A stretch of DNA of 63,300 nt, the filler included, from Acidimicrobiia bacterium (GTDB lineage: Bacteria; Actinomycetota; Acidimicrobiia; Spongiisociales; JAENVV01): assembly GCA_041577335.1 (NCBI GenBank). It is 4 parts of 3 records of this genome, joined end to end, with 100 filler letters (N's around TTAATTAATTAA, not from the genome) between each part and the next. Parts side by side here need not be neighbours in the genome. Positions count along the whole stretch, not along the records: positions 43,457 to 63,300 come from JBFGJH010000004.1; 3 more parts are not named here. One strand, 5' to 3'. Positions within the stretch are counted from its first letter, which is position 1; the number at the start of each line of letters is the position of its first letter. The notes beneath the pieces are model-generated. The model saw nothing but the letters and a program-made list of their open reading frames with translations, ran no database searches and was not told the DNA's origin. A program made the position numbers and the translations under genes. Shown here in pieces: positions 51,220-61,064 of this stretch.

Positions 51220-52020
51220 TTAGGGCGTGTCACAGGTGACACCGGATGTGAACCCGGCGGCGATGAACGCATCTGTCGGTCGGCCCGCCGGCTCCGCCCC
51301 GGCAGCTGGCGAAACCGGGTATTCGGGCCAGAACAGCCAACCCCTGGTCGCGCCCGTCCTCGCCAAAGCGCTGCCGTCGCCGTCGATCGCGAACCAGAAC
51401 AAGCCAACAGCATCGTCAGCTACGTCCGAGATGAACAGACGCGGCCCATACACCTCGCGAAGTCGTCCGAGGGTGTCCCCTGAAAAGATGCCATCCTCCG
51501 TGCCGACGGCCGAATCGCGCCACAAACCGGCACCGGCGAATACCGGCTCATCGAGCCGAGCCGTCATGTCGCCGGAGGCGGAGTCCCAATCGGTGAATAC
51601 TGCACCGAGCGATCCTTCCCACGAGACGATGCGGGCGATCGACCCCGGACAGCCAGGCCACAGGTACTGGTTCGCCGAATCCGATGGGTCTCCCCATCCG
51701 GTGTCAAACGATGGTGGCCCAAGGAGCCCGGTCAGCACCGCCACCGTCTCGTCGGGATCGGCGCCGAAGCTGACAACGCCGAGACCGTCTGACGTCAGGG
51801 CGAGATCGGCACCGACCGTCGTGGAGGGTGCCAGCGTCGTCGACGTGCTGGTGGTGGTGGTGGTGGTGGTGGTGGTCGGAGTCGTTGTTGTCGTGAAGGT
51901 AGTGACGGTGCCGGAATTCGTCGTCGACACTCTTGCAGTCGAGACTGTCGTCGTTGAAGTCTCCACAGACGGGCTGGAGCACGCCGTGAGAAGCACCAGG
52001 AACGCAACCGAGAGCCGCAT
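51220..52020 (-). CDS. Lipoprotein with poly-Thr linker
   Basis: Lipobox LTAC; Thr run encoded by (ACC)n at about 51849-51876. Confidence 0.7.
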   Translation of the reverse strand: MRLSVAFLVLLTACSSPSVETSTTTVSTARVSTTNSGTVTTFTTTTTPTTTTTTTTTSTSTTLAPSTTVGADLALTSDGLGVVSFGADPDETVAVLTGLLGPPSFDTGWGDPSDSANQYLWPGCPGSIARIVSWEGSLGAVFTDWDSASGDMTARLDEPVFAGAGLWRDSAVGTEDGIFSGDTLGRLREVYGPRLFISDVADDAVGLFWFAIDGDGSALARTGATRGWLFWPEYPVSPAAGAEPAGRPTDAFIAAGFTSGVTCDTP

Positions 52021-52171
52021 GACCTTGGGCACAGCACCCCCCTTTCGGCCGGATACTCCTCCCAATCACCACCGTCCGGGTAGAGGACAATGACAGTATC
52101 GGCATCAACCACGGCGGGACGGCATCCACCATGCCGCCGCGAAGACACGGTCCACCAACCGACGTCGTTTT

Positions 52172-52888
52172 CTAAGAGCGGTCGGCTCGAATCATCGCCG
52201 CTTTGCGGCCGTGGCCAACGTCATGGGTCGTCTCAATGGAGATGTTCGTGAACCCGGCCTCGGTCAGCATCTCGATGAACTCGGCTTTGCCCAGTGCGCC
52301 GGCTCCGCACGCAACCCACTCCTCACCTTCGACATCAGGGAGTGGTTCATCGCCGGCAACAACATCGGAGACAGCCATTCTCCCGCCTTGGCGCAACACT
52401 CGGAACATCTCGGCGAACACCGGGGTCTTGTCTGGTGCGAGACTGATCACACAGTTGGATATCACGACATCAACCGATCCATCTGCCAAGGGAACCCTCT
52501 CCATCAGCCCCTGAAGAAACCTGACATTGCTCACGCCGGCGTCCGCCGCGTTCTTCGAGGCGATGTCGACCATCTCCTGGAGCATGTCGAGGCCGTAGGC
52601 CATCCCGTCGGGCGCAACTCGCCGTGCGGAGAGGATCACGTCGATACCACCGCCCGATCCGAGGTCGAGGACAGTCTCGCCATTTGTGAGGTCGGCGAGC
52701 AGATAGGGATTGCCGCAGCCCATCGACAAGTCGGCGGCGGCCTTCGGCACGTGAACGATGGATTCGTCGTCGTAGAGGTGGGCTCCCCAGCGATCATCGC
52801 TCAGCACATCGACATCGCGATCGGCGCCTCCCTCTGCAGCTCGTAGGTAATAGGACCTCACGGCATCGTGGATCGAATCAGTGCTCAT
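52172..52888 (-). CDS. arsM: Arsenite S-adenosylmethyltransferase-like
   Basis: SMGCGNP, LDLGSGGGID, ISNCVI and W.AC.AGA motifs; coupled to ArsR. Confidence 0.8.
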   Translation of the reverse strand: MSTDSIHDAVRSYYLRAAEGGADRDVDVLSDDRWGAHLYDDESIVHVPKAAADLSMGCGNPYLLADLTNGETVLDLGSGGGIDVILSARRVAPDGMAYGLDMLQEMVDIASKNAADAGVSNVRFLQGLMERVPLADGSVDVVISNCVISLAPDKTPVFAEMFRVLRQGGRMAVSDVVAGDEPLPDVEGEEWVACGAGALGKAEFIEMLTEAGFTNISIETTHDVGHGRKAAMIRADRS

Positions 52889-53226
52889 GTCTTGACCTCG
52901 ATTGCTTCGGTGAATTCAGCTGGTACCCGGCCCATGATGACCTCGGCTGCAGATGGGAATTCCGAGATGCACGCATCGTTGGTCCGCCACTGGCTCGAAG
53001 TCCCGACCCGCTCGACCAGCACGAATCGCACCTCTGCCAGCTTGGCCAGATGATGCGAGACGGTTGACTGGCCGACATCGAGCCGATCGGTGATCTCCCC
53101 CACTGACATCGACCGCCCTTCGGTGGACAGCAGGTGAAGGATGAGAATGCGCGTCGGGTCCGCCATCGCTTGAAACCACTGCGACCACTCGTCCGCATGG
53201 GATCGATCTATTCGAGACTGATTCAT
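52885..53226 (-). CDS. ArsR/SmtB family regulator
   Basis: FQAMADPTRILIL and QSTVSHHLAKL motifs. Confidence 0.9.
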   Translation of the reverse strand: MNQSRIDRSHADEWSQWFQAMADPTRILILHLLSTEGRSMSVGEITDRLDVGQSTVSHHLAKLAEVRFVLVERVGTSSQWRTNDACISEFPSAAEVIMGRVPAEFTEAIEVKT

Positions 53227-53251
53227 CGATAATCGACGATAATCGATGAAT
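53221..53251. promoter_or_regulatory. Candidate ArsR operator
   Basis: 31-bp near-perfect palindrome ATTCATCGATAATCG-A-CGATAATCGATGAAT overlapping the arsR start. Confidence 0.75.
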
Positions 53252-53317
53252 CCAGACCTGTCAATGGCTCTCGTGAGCCCATCGAGGCCGACGGCTACGC
53301 TGCCGAGCCGAAGAACC

Positions 53318-54598
53318 ATGCCAGATCTCAGCCCAACCGACCGCCTCAATCTGATCTCGCAGCAAGGCCTGTGTATCGGATGTGGCATGTGCCAGGACAT
53401 TGCGGGCGACGAAGTCATCCGGTGCACCCTCACCCCCAACGGCTACGAACGTCCGGTGATTGTCGGGGATCTCGACCACGGAACCGTGGACGCCATATAT
53501 TCCGTGTGCCCCGGCACCACGGTGACAGGGCTTCCCAAGGCGCTGGCAGCCGGCTCCGTTATCGACCCGGTGTGGGGTCCCTGGCGCCAACTCGTTCTCG
53601 CCTGGGCGGCCGACCCGAAGGTTCGCCATGTCGGCTCGACCGGTGGGGTGCTCACCGCGCTGGGCATGCACCTCCTCGACACGGGAAAGGTCGATGCGGT
53701 GCTGCATGCTGGCCCCTCTCTCTCTGAACCCGGATTCGGAGAGGCGCGAATTTCCCGTTCGGCTGACGAGGTGCTCGACGCAACCGGATCTCGCTACGGC
53801 CCTACCGCTGTCCTCACTCGCCTCGCCGAAGCGCTCAACACGTCCCGGCGCCTCGCCGTGATAGCCAAGCCATGCGATCTTTCTGCGCTGCGTCTGAGGG
53901 CCCGTAGTGACGCGCGAATCGAAGACCAAGTGCGGTTTTGGCTGACCATGGTCTGCGGCGGGATCATGGCTCCCGATGGCCTGGCCGAGCGGATGGGATG
54001 GTTCGGCATCGACCCTGACGAGGTGACCGCCGTTCGATATCGGGGCCACGGCTGCCCCGGGCCGACCCGCTTCGAGCTGGGCGACAACCCGGCGGTCGAG
54101 AAGAGCTACCTCGACTTCTGGGGCGACGACGAGAGTCAATGGACGCTGCCCTACCGATGCAAGATCTGCCCCGACGGGACGGGCGAGGCGGCCGACATCG
54201 TCGCCGCCGACACATGGCCCGGCGGCTCTCCCACCGAAGAGATGCTCGCCGACGACCCCGGCTCGAACGTCGTGATCGCCCGTACCGCAACCGGCGACAC
54301 ATTGCTGGCGGCCGCGGTGGAAAGCGGGCATCTCGTCATGGGAACAGGTTCGTCGATCACCGAGTTGGATCTCTGGCAGCCCCACCACGTGCGAAAGAAG
54401 AAGGCGAGCTGGGCGCGCCAACTGGGTCGTCGGTGGGCGGGCGTCATTCCCATCGAGCTCGATGGCCTTCGCGCCGAGCAGCTGGCTGCCACTCGACCGG
54501 AAGCCGAGCTTATTGAGGAGGCAAGAGGAAGCTACGCCCGCGTCCTCGGCGGTCGAGCCGACGAACCCGTTCCCATAGCCGCAGACCCAACCGACTAG
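53318..54598 (+). CDS. F420 hydrogenase/dehydrogenase beta-subunit (FrhB/FdhB) family protein
   Basis: CIGCGMC..CP, STGGVLT, GSRY, KPC, YRGHGCPG and RCKICPD motifs. Confidence 0.88.
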   Translation: MPDLSPTDRLNLISQQGLCIGCGMCQDIAGDEVIRCTLTPNGYERPVIVGDLDHGTVDAIYSVCPGTTVTGLPKALAAGSVIDPVWGPWRQLVLAWAADPKVRHVGSTGGVLTALGMHLLDTGKVDAVLHAGPSLSEPGFGEARISRSADEVLDATGSRYGPTAVLTRLAEALNTSRRLAVIAKPCDLSALRLRARSDARIEDQVRFWLTMVCGGIMAPDGLAERMGWFGIDPDEVTAVRYRGHGCPGPTRFELGDNPAVEKSYLDFWGDDESQWTLPYRCKICPDGTGEAADIVAADTWPGGSPTEEMLADDPGSNVVIARTATGDTLLAAAVESGHLVMGTGSSITELDLWQPHHVRKKKASWARQLGRRWAGVIPIELDGLRAEQLAATRPEAELIEEARGSYARVLGGRADEPVPIAADPTD

Positions 54599-55047
54599 GG
54601 CCCGCCTTCCAACCGGCCAACTTCTTGGCCATTCGAGAAGATGACGAGGTCGACCGGCCCCTCAGGTTCGACGACCCCGAATATCTGGTCGTCGCTCAGC
54701 GGCACGTTGACGTCGGCTTGATTCCTTCCGGTAGCAAGTACCTCGAGGTCGCCGAAGTTGCCGAAAGGCACGACTGCCACCACGCCCTCTGCCCGCATCA
54801 CACAGACTCCCCAGACCGCAGGTCTACCGCTCTCGGAGCAGGCGAACACCACGCCCATCTCGCCTGCAGCCTCGGCGAACTTGGGCACAGTGGCCGACTC
54901 GATGCGGAGGGCCACGGCAGGGTGGTTGCTCGGCACCCGGACCGCTCGAATGTCCTCTGGCTGAGTGGGCGTTCCCGAGCAGGCCGTCAACGCCAGAAGG
55001 ATGGCGGCACCGATGAAATACGGCTGGGGCCGACCTGAACACGGCAT
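54595..55047 (-). CDS. Putative lipoprotein
   Basis: Lipobox LTAC. Confidence 0.55.
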   Translation of the reverse strand: MPCSGRPQPYFIGAAILLALTACSGTPTQPEDIRAVRVPSNHPAVALRIESATVPKFAEAAGEMGVVFACSESGRPAVWGVCVMRAEGVVAVVPFGNFGDLEVLATGRNQADVNVPLSDDQIFGVVEPEGPVDLVIFSNGQEVGRLEGGP

Positions 55048-55231
55048 GCGAGAACCCTATCCGGGTGCTGGGAACCCGGCAGCCATCGGCAGCTGAGAAG
55101 TGACGCAGGCCTCTGGATCAGTGGCCGTCTCGAGAATCATGTGGAGTGCGAGCCAAAAGGAGGTGCGCAGTGCGCAAGCTTGATTTGCTCTTGGTCGCTG
55201 AATCGGCGCCAGTCTGCCCGGGCTCGATACC

Positions 55232-55666
55232 TCAGACCGCAGCCAAATATTGCCGTGCCCCGTCGGCGGCCAGCTTGGCTTGCCGCTGAAACGCGGCGTT
55301 CAGCAAGCGGCCGAATGGACGTAGCCACCTCGGCGGCGTGGATTCATTTCGGAACGTGATCATGGTCCCGGTGTCGGCAGGTTCGAAGGTCAACCAGTCG
55401 ACAGACCAGAAGCCGGCGATGGTGCCTTCGTAACGAACCAGGCTGCCCGGCACGACATCGACCAGCGTGGATCGAGCCGTCATGCGAACCGGGCCTCGCA
55501 CGATGACTGACTCATAACTGGAGCCGGGTTCCAGTCGCTCGCCACCCACACGGGCAGAGCTGCGCACGTTGGGGTTCCACCGATGCAGCTCTGCCATGTC
55601 GGCCAGGAGTTCGAAAGCCTCCGACGGGCTCTGGGCGACGTCGACGTGTCCTTCGAACCCAATCAC
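55232..55666 (-). CDS. SRPBCC (START-like) family protein
   Basis: SPSEAFELLAD...RWNP pattern; size fits. Confidence 0.8.
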   Translation of the reverse strand: MIGFEGHVDVAQSPSEAFELLADMAELHRWNPNVRSSARVGGERLEPGSSYESVIVRGPVRMTARSTLVDVVPGSLVRYEGTIAGFWSVDWLTFEPADTGTMITFRNESTPPRWLRPFGRLLNAAFQRQAKLAADGARQYLAAV

Positions 55667-55669
55667 TGC

Positions 55670-56242
55670 TCAACCGGTGTCATGCTCGGGTTCAGATCGA
55701 ACTCGACGTTGGCGGCTGGCGTCGTTGAAGGCCGCTACCGCCGTGAACATCGCCAGCACTCCAATCGCCCCGACCGGCGGGAACCAGAAGAAGACCAACA
55801 GCCCTACTCCCGGCAGCACCCCAAAAGCAATCATCATGCTGCCAAGGTGCGGATTTCGACGCCGGACCGTCAGCCCGGCCACGATCACCAGGGCAGCCAG
55901 CGATGCCCCAACCGCTCCCAGCACGCGCCCGTAGAGCGGCCCTCCGTCGTCGGTGGTGCCGTTTCCAATCCCTACAAACGCCATCGCCAAGGCGATGAAT
56001 CCCGCTGAGTACCGCCACCATCCAGTCTTGAAATTGGCCATCGTCGTCTCCGTTCGTTCGGAGAGCGCAGTCCGGGCAAGATCCCAACCGAGGTGACCCC
56101 ACATCGAGAACGATCGCACGCCGCCGCCTTCATCACGAACACGATCCCTCAACAGCTGGATCATCGGCTCGGCGTAAACCTCGCGATATTCGGCCGGGTA
56201 GGCATGCAGCAACGCCCGGTACAACCGCTCGTGGCCACTCAT
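55670..56242 (-). CDS. PadR-associated membrane protein
   Basis: LYRALLHAYPAEYREVY..M N-terminus plus TM helices. Confidence 0.78.
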   Translation of the reverse strand: MSGHERLYRALLHAYPAEYREVYAEPMIQLLRDRVRDEGGGVRSFSMWGHLGWDLARTALSERTETTMANFKTGWWRYSAGFIALAMAFVGIGNGTTDDGGPLYGRVLGAVGASLAALVIVAGLTVRRRNPHLGSMMIAFGVLPGVGLLVFFWFPPVGAIGVLAMFTAVAAFNDASRQRRVRSEPEHDTG

Positions 56243-56619
56243 GTCACCCCTCCGAGTTTCGGATCGAGACGATGTTGGGTCTTGGCCCGAGCGGTCTGCA
56301 CCAGACGCTCCAGACGCTCGGTCTCGGCGCTCAGCACCCTCGCTCCGAACCCCGTGGTTCGGTAGTAGCGGCGTCGCTCATCGTCCATCTCAGGGTCGGG
56401 TCGCTCATCGGTCTCTTCCAAGAGACCTGCGCTCAACATTCGTTTGATCGCCCCGTACAGAGTCCCGGGACCCATGGTGACCTCACCATCGGTCATCTGT
56501 TCAACTTCGCGCATCACGGCATAGCCGTGCTTTTCGCCGTCCGCGAGCGCCAACAGCACATGCAGTTGAGCGCCTGGAAGGGGAAGAAGATCTTGCGGGT
56601 CTACGGAATCCTTTGCCAT
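56239..56619 (-). CDS. PadR family regulator
   Basis: KHGY, GPGTLYGAIKRM and RRRYY motifs. Confidence 0.92.
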   Translation of the reverse strand: MAKDSVDPQDLLPLPGAQLHVLLALADGEKHGYAVMREVEQMTDGEVTMGPGTLYGAIKRMLSAGLLEETDERPDPEMDDERRRYYRTTGFGARVLSAETERLERLVQTARAKTQHRLDPKLGGVT

Positions 56620-56673
56620 GCGGAAACGATCACCTTTCGTAGACAACCGTGGCCACGGTGTGTCGCCAACAGA

Positions 56674-56692
56674 TATATCGTAGGTCGATATA
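56674..56692. promoter_or_regulatory. Candidate PadR operator
   Basis: TATATCG-N5-CGATATA inverted repeat upstream of padR. Confidence 0.6.
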
Positions 56693-56751
56693 GTTGTCAA
56701 GACCTGATTCGAACGAAACCCCATCCGCGGCCACATCGCTAGCGTGAACGG

Positions 56752-57147
56752 ATGCCGCCTGACCTTCCGATCATCGACGAGCTAGTCACGTTTGTGTACT
56801 CGACCGACCTTGAACGAAGCCATGGGTTCTATGCCGGAGTGCTCGGCTTGGAGATGGTCCTGGATCAGGGCGCGTGCCGGATCTATCGCGTGACCAACAC
56901 GGCGTACATCGGCGTGTGCAACCATCGGAAGCCCGGGCCCGACGGAGTGGTCGTAACGATTGTGTCTCAGGACGTCGACGGTTGGTTCGCCAAGCTCACG
57001 AGCGCAGGGATCTCGACCGACGGGCCTCCGCGCCACAATGACCGTTTCGACATCTATCACTTCTTCGCCACGGATCCCGATGGGCATCACATCGAGTTCC
57101 AACGGTTCGGCACCAGCTGGCCGGGGCCGGAGGGCGCCAAGGGCTGA
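56752..57147 (+). CDS. VOC/glyoxalase family protein
   Basis: FY.GVLGL and FFATDPDGHHIE motifs. Confidence 0.88.
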   Translation: MPPDLPIIDELVTFVYSTDLERSHGFYAGVLGLEMVLDQGACRIYRVTNTAYIGVCNHRKPGPDGVVVTIVSQDVDGWFAKLTSAGISTDGPPRHNDRFDIYHFFATDPDGHHIEFQRFGTSWPGPEGAKG

Positions 57148-57170
57148 TTGCTCATGATCAAGGAGATGAA

Positions 57171-57533
57171 ATGGACATTCCGAAGCCCACCGATGCCGAC
57201 AAGGACTATTTTCGCTCGCTCGTCCCGAACGATGACCGTATCGAGGTGAAGCCGATGTTCGGCAACATCGCCGGGTTCGTGAACGGCAACATGTTCATGG
57301 GCTTGTTCGGGCCTCACGTGGGGGTTCGCCTCGACGATGCCGACCGCGAGGAGCTGCGAGCCATCGACGGCACAGGAGACTTTGGACCGGCCGGTCGACC
57401 GATGAAGGAGTACGTGTCGCTGCCTGAAGCCTGGCGAACGGACCCCGAGGCGTCAGAGCCATGGATCCACAAAGCGCTGGCTCACACTGCGGCTATGCCT
57501 GCCAAAGCAAAGAAGCCCAAAAAGAAGAAATAG
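57171..57533 (+). CDS. TfoX/Sxy N-terminal domain family protein
   Basis: KPMFG, NGNMF and GRPMKEYV motifs. Confidence 0.85.
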   Translation: MDIPKPTDADKDYFRSLVPNDDRIEVKPMFGNIAGFVNGNMFMGLFGPHVGVRLDDADREELRAIDGTGDFGPAGRPMKEYVSLPEAWRTDPEASEPWIHKALAHTAAMPAKAKKPKKKK

Positions 57534-57556
57534 CGCGAGCAGTTGCACGTGAATCA

Positions 57557-57623
57557 ATAGTCCCCCCAGCTTTGCTGGGGGGAAAGTACCGCAGACCGCC
57601 GACAGCGGGCTGGGGTAGGGGGG
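57557..57623 (-). repeat. REP-like repeat family C, copy 2
   Basis: Reverse complement of 39665-39732 with few changes; lies between convergent genes. Confidence 0.85.
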
Positions 57624-57643
57624 TGCCTGGCTAGCGAGCCCGG

Positions 57644-58444
57644 CTACGACCTGGCGCGTTTGTAGCGGTGCGCCGATAGCGGGGCAAAGATTGCGATGAT
57701 CAACACAATCCAGATCAGTGTGTAAAGAACCGCGTTCTGCAACGGCCACACCGTCGGCTCGGGCGTGCCCAAGGGAATGTTTCCGAAGAGCTCCCTTGCA
57801 GCCTGAGTCGCAGAAGAGACCGGATTCCATTCGGCGAAGATGCGCAGCGCCGTCGGCAGGTTCTCGCTCGGGACGAACGTGTTGGCCACGAACGTCAGGG
57901 GAAAGATGACCACGAACGCAGCGTTGTTGATGACCTCGACACTCGGCACGATCAGGCCGACGTAGGCCATGATCCACGAGAACGCGTACGCAAACAACAG
58001 GAGCAACGCGAACCCGGCCAGCGCACTCAGGAAGCTGGTGTGGATGCGCCATCCGACGAGCAGACCCGTCAGGGCCATGATGAGAAGGGTGAGGACGTTG
58101 TACATGATGTCGCTGGCCGTTCGACCGATCAGGACCGCCGATTGGGACATGGGGAGTGACCGGAAACGATCGATGATGCCCTTCTGCATGTCCTCGGCGA
58201 GGCCAGCCCCCGTGAAGGTCGCGCCGAACACAACCGTCTGGACAAAGATGCCCGCAATGAGGAACTCGCGATACGAGCCGCCCGGGATATCAATCGAGTT
58301 GCCGAACACATAGGCGAACAACAGCACGAACATGATGGGGGAGATGAGTATGAACATCAGGACCTCGGGAACCCGACGGATCTTGATGAAGTTGCGTTTG
58401 GCTATGACCGCCGTGTCGGCGACGGTGGTGCGAAAATCTGTCAC
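57644..58444 (-). CDS. ABC-2 permease (DrrB-like)
   Basis: GIIDRFRSLP and AEWNPVS motifs. Confidence 0.9.
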   Translation of the reverse strand: MTDFRTTVADTAVIAKRNFIKIRRVPEVLMFILISPIMFVLLFAYVFGNSIDIPGGSYREFLIAGIFVQTVVFGATFTGAGLAEDMQKGIIDRFRSLPMSQSAVLIGRTASDIMYNVLTLLIMALTGLLVGWRIHTSFLSALAGFALLLLFAYAFSWIMAYVGLIVPSVEVINNAAFVVIFPLTFVANTFVPSENLPTALRIFAEWNPVSSATQAARELFGNIPLGTPEPTVWPLQNAVLYTLIWIVLIIAIFAPLSAHRYKRARS

Positions 58445-59430
58445 AAGGCAAGCGTCTCGGTTGACTCTGGCTGAGCAGAACTGTCTTCGTCCGGCTCTGC
58501 GACGTGTCCGGTGAGGGAAAGAAACACATCGTCGAGGGTTGGCCGGCGCAGGCCTACATCCACCACATCGATGGCTTCGGCATCGAGCGCTCGCAGCGCT
58601 TTCATCAGCGTGGGAGCGCCGCCTTCGATGGGTACGGTCAGTTTGTGTGCCCGACCCTCTTCATGGATTTCACCGATGGCGAACGACTCCATGATCCGTC
58701 GGGCCGCCTGAACCGAGTCGAGCGACGATGCCGTCAACTCGATGCGATCGCCGCCGACCATCGACTTGAGCTCGTCGGCGGTGCCGTGAGCAATCTCGAG
58801 GCCGTGATCGATCACAACGATGTCATCGGCGAGCCGATCTGCCTCTTCGAGATACTGCGTCGTCAACAGAAGGGTGGTACCTCTGGTGACGAGTTCGCGT
58901 ATGACCGTCCACATATCCGTCCGGCTGCGAGGATCCAGCCCGGTGGTCGGCTCGTCGAGAAACAGGATCGGCGGCTCCGCAATGAGCGCTCCCGCCAGGT
59001 CGAGGCGCCGACGCATCCCCCCTGAATACGTCTTCACGGGCCGATCGGCGGCGTCGTTCAGATCGAACTGGTCGAGCAACGCTCGGGCGCGTGTCCGTGC
59101 TTGCTGTCTACCCAGGTGATACAAACGGCCAATCATGTCGAGGTTCTCAAAGCCTGACAGATGCTCGTCTACGGCGGCAAACTGGCCTGATAGGCCGATC
59201 TTCTTGCGCACCTCCTCCGGTTCTTTGAGCACGTCGATCCCGGCAACGTGTGCCGACCCCGAGTCGGGCATGGTGAGTGTGGCGAGGATCGAGACAGCCG
59301 TGGTCTTGCCGGCGCCGTTGGGTCCCAACAGCCCCACGACCGTGGCTTCCTCGACTGCGAGGTCGAGACCGGCCAGGGCGATGACATCGCCGTATGTCTT
59401 CACGAGCTGGTGTGCTTCGATGATGCTCAC
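58441..59430 (-). CDS. ABC ATP-binding protein (DrrA-like)
   Basis: GPNGAGKT, YSGGMRRRLD, LDEPTTGLDP, TTQYLEEA and PTLDDVF motifs. Confidence 0.93.
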   Translation of the reverse strand: MSIIEAHQLVKTYGDVIALAGLDLAVEEATVVGLLGPNGAGKTTAVSILATLTMPDSGSAHVAGIDVLKEPEEVRKKIGLSGQFAAVDEHLSGFENLDMIGRLYHLGRQQARTRARALLDQFDLNDAADRPVKTYSGGMRRRLDLAGALIAEPPILFLDEPTTGLDPRSRTDMWTVIRELVTRGTTLLLTTQYLEEADRLADDIVVIDHGLEIAHGTADELKSMVGGDRIELTASSLDSVQAARRIMESFAIGEIHEEGRAHKLTVPIEGGAPTLMKALRALDAEAIDVVDVGLRRPTLDDVFLSLTGHVAEPDEDSSAQPESTETLAL

Positions 59431-59497
59431 GCTCGTGCATTCAAACACAGCGATCGTTTCGGTGGTGTTGGTTTTGATCGGCGGTATCGTTGTCGGC

Positions 59498-59923
59498 ATG
59501 ACCCAGCAAGCGACCGCTATCACGGCTTCCGTCGAACTAGCCCGGCGCTTGCGCGACGCGGGCCTCGGATGGGAGCCAACCGCCGGCGACCGGTTTCACA
59601 TCCCCGACCGTGGGCTCGACGACCGTGTCTGGTCCATCGCCGACATGGTGATCGAGGGGCGCGACGACATCCTCGGTCGCCGCGAGCTGGCGTTCAATGG
59701 CAGTGTGGAGTGGGCGCTCGATTCAATCTTCGAACACGAGGTCGTGTGGCTTCCCACCGAGGGCCAGTTGCGCACCCTGCTCGACGATCAATTCATTGCG
59801 CTCACCCGTGACGACGATGACGGCTATGCCTGCGTGGTCCGCATCGACGAGGTGCCCACGACCTTTGTGGCCGGCACAGCCGCAGACGCGTACGCCACCG
59901 GCTTGCTGGCAACGCTCGAATAG
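59498..59923 (+). CDS. Conserved actinobacterial hypothetical protein
   Basis: LARRLRDAGL.W.P..GDRF, FNGSVEWALDS and WLPTEGQLR motifs. Confidence 0.75.
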   Translation: MTQQATAITASVELARRLRDAGLGWEPTAGDRFHIPDRGLDDRVWSIADMVIEGRDDILGRRELAFNGSVEWALDSIFEHEVVWLPTEGQLRTLLDDQFIALTRDDDDGYACVVRIDEVPTTFVAGTAADAYATGLLATLE

Positions 59924-59926
59924 ACC

Positions 59927-61033
59927 TCAGGCGGAATAGACCGCCGATGGTTGGCCCAGTAGATCGAGCTTCGGCTCGACCCCCCACCCGGGAAGGTCCG
60001 GAGCCCGGGTGAACCCACCGAGGTTGCGAGCACCGCCGGTGCATGGGTCAACCGTCAGCATCTCGTGACACATCCAGGTGGCCCGCTGAAAACGATTGGG
60101 AGTCGACTGCGCCAGGTGGGCGGCCACCGTGTCGGCCAACACGCTGCCGCCGGTCGCTTCGATGTTCATTCGAATGCCGAATTCCACACAGAGGTCACGG
60201 ATACGGGCGGCTCTGGTGAGGCCTCCGACCCGCTCGATCTTCAAGCCGATCACCTCGCATGCTCGATCAGACTGCGCTCTGACGACGTCCGCGTAGTTCA
60301 CGATGATCTCATCCAGGATGATCGGCTGAGTAGTGGCCCGACGCACCTGGAGGCACTCTTCGTACGTCTGGCAGGGCTGCTCGAAGTAGGCGTCGACGTC
60401 GGCGGTCTGGTTCATGAGTCGGATCGTCTGGTCGGGGAGCATGGCTCGATTGGCGTCGAAGGTCACCGAGTCGCCTGCCGGAAGCGCAGCGGCGATGGCC
60501 CTGATTCGGGCAACGTCTTCGGCAACGTCGGAGCCCACTTTGGGCGAATGCACGCGGTAGCCCTGCTCGTGACGGCGGAGAACATCGGCCACCATTGCTT
60601 CCGGTTCGTCGGTGCCGATGGAGCTCTGGATGGTGAGGTCCTGGTCGATACCTCCCCCCAGCAGGTCGTGGACAGGGAGCCCGACGGACTTGCCGAGAAT
60701 GTCCCAGCAGGCCTGATCAATCGGCGACTTGGCATACAGATGGCCGGGAAGGGCGACCTCCATGACGGCATTGAGAACGCTGGTCTTGCGTGGGTCCATG
60801 CCGAGCACTGCCGGCGCCATCTCTTCTATGGCTACCCGGATCCCGCCCGGGAAAGCGGGCAGGTACGTGGAGCCCCACGGGCACCCCTCCCCCCAGCCAA
60901 CCAGACCGGTGTCGGTTTCGATGCGAACGAACGTCGAATCGAGCTTCTCGAACAGAAGTCGCCCACCCGACAACCGGTAGGGGTGGGTGAGCGGCAACTC
61001 AACCGGGTACAGGGAGATGGACGTGATCTTCAT
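59927..61033 (-). CDS. Enolase-superfamily enzyme (hydroxyproline dehydratase/proline-betaine racemase-like subgroup)
   Basis: GWGEGCP..TY, GHLYAKSPID, DANR, FEQPC and ILDE motifs. Confidence 0.82.
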   Translation of the reverse strand: MKITSISLYPVELPLTHPYRLSGGRLLFEKLDSTFVRIETDTGLVGWGEGCPWGSTYLPAFPGGIRVAIEEMAPAVLGMDPRKTSVLNAVMEVALPGHLYAKSPIDQACWDILGKSVGLPVHDLLGGGIDQDLTIQSSIGTDEPEAMVADVLRRHEQGYRVHSPKVGSDVAEDVARIRAIAAALPAGDSVTFDANRAMLPDQTIRLMNQTADVDAYFEQPCQTYEECLQVRRATTQPIILDEIIVNYADVVRAQSDRACEVIGLKIERVGGLTRAARIRDLCVEFGIRMNIEATGGSVLADTVAAHLAQSTPNRFQRATWMCHEMLTVDPCTGGARNLGGFTRAPDLPGWGVEPKLDLLGQPSAVYSA

Positions 61034-61064
61034 AGCTGAGCCTTCGCATAGCGACGGCGGACCG

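Noticed and set aside
51849..51876. (GGT)n microsatellite
   Set aside because: In-frame triplet encoding a poly-Thr linker; not a phase-variation tract.
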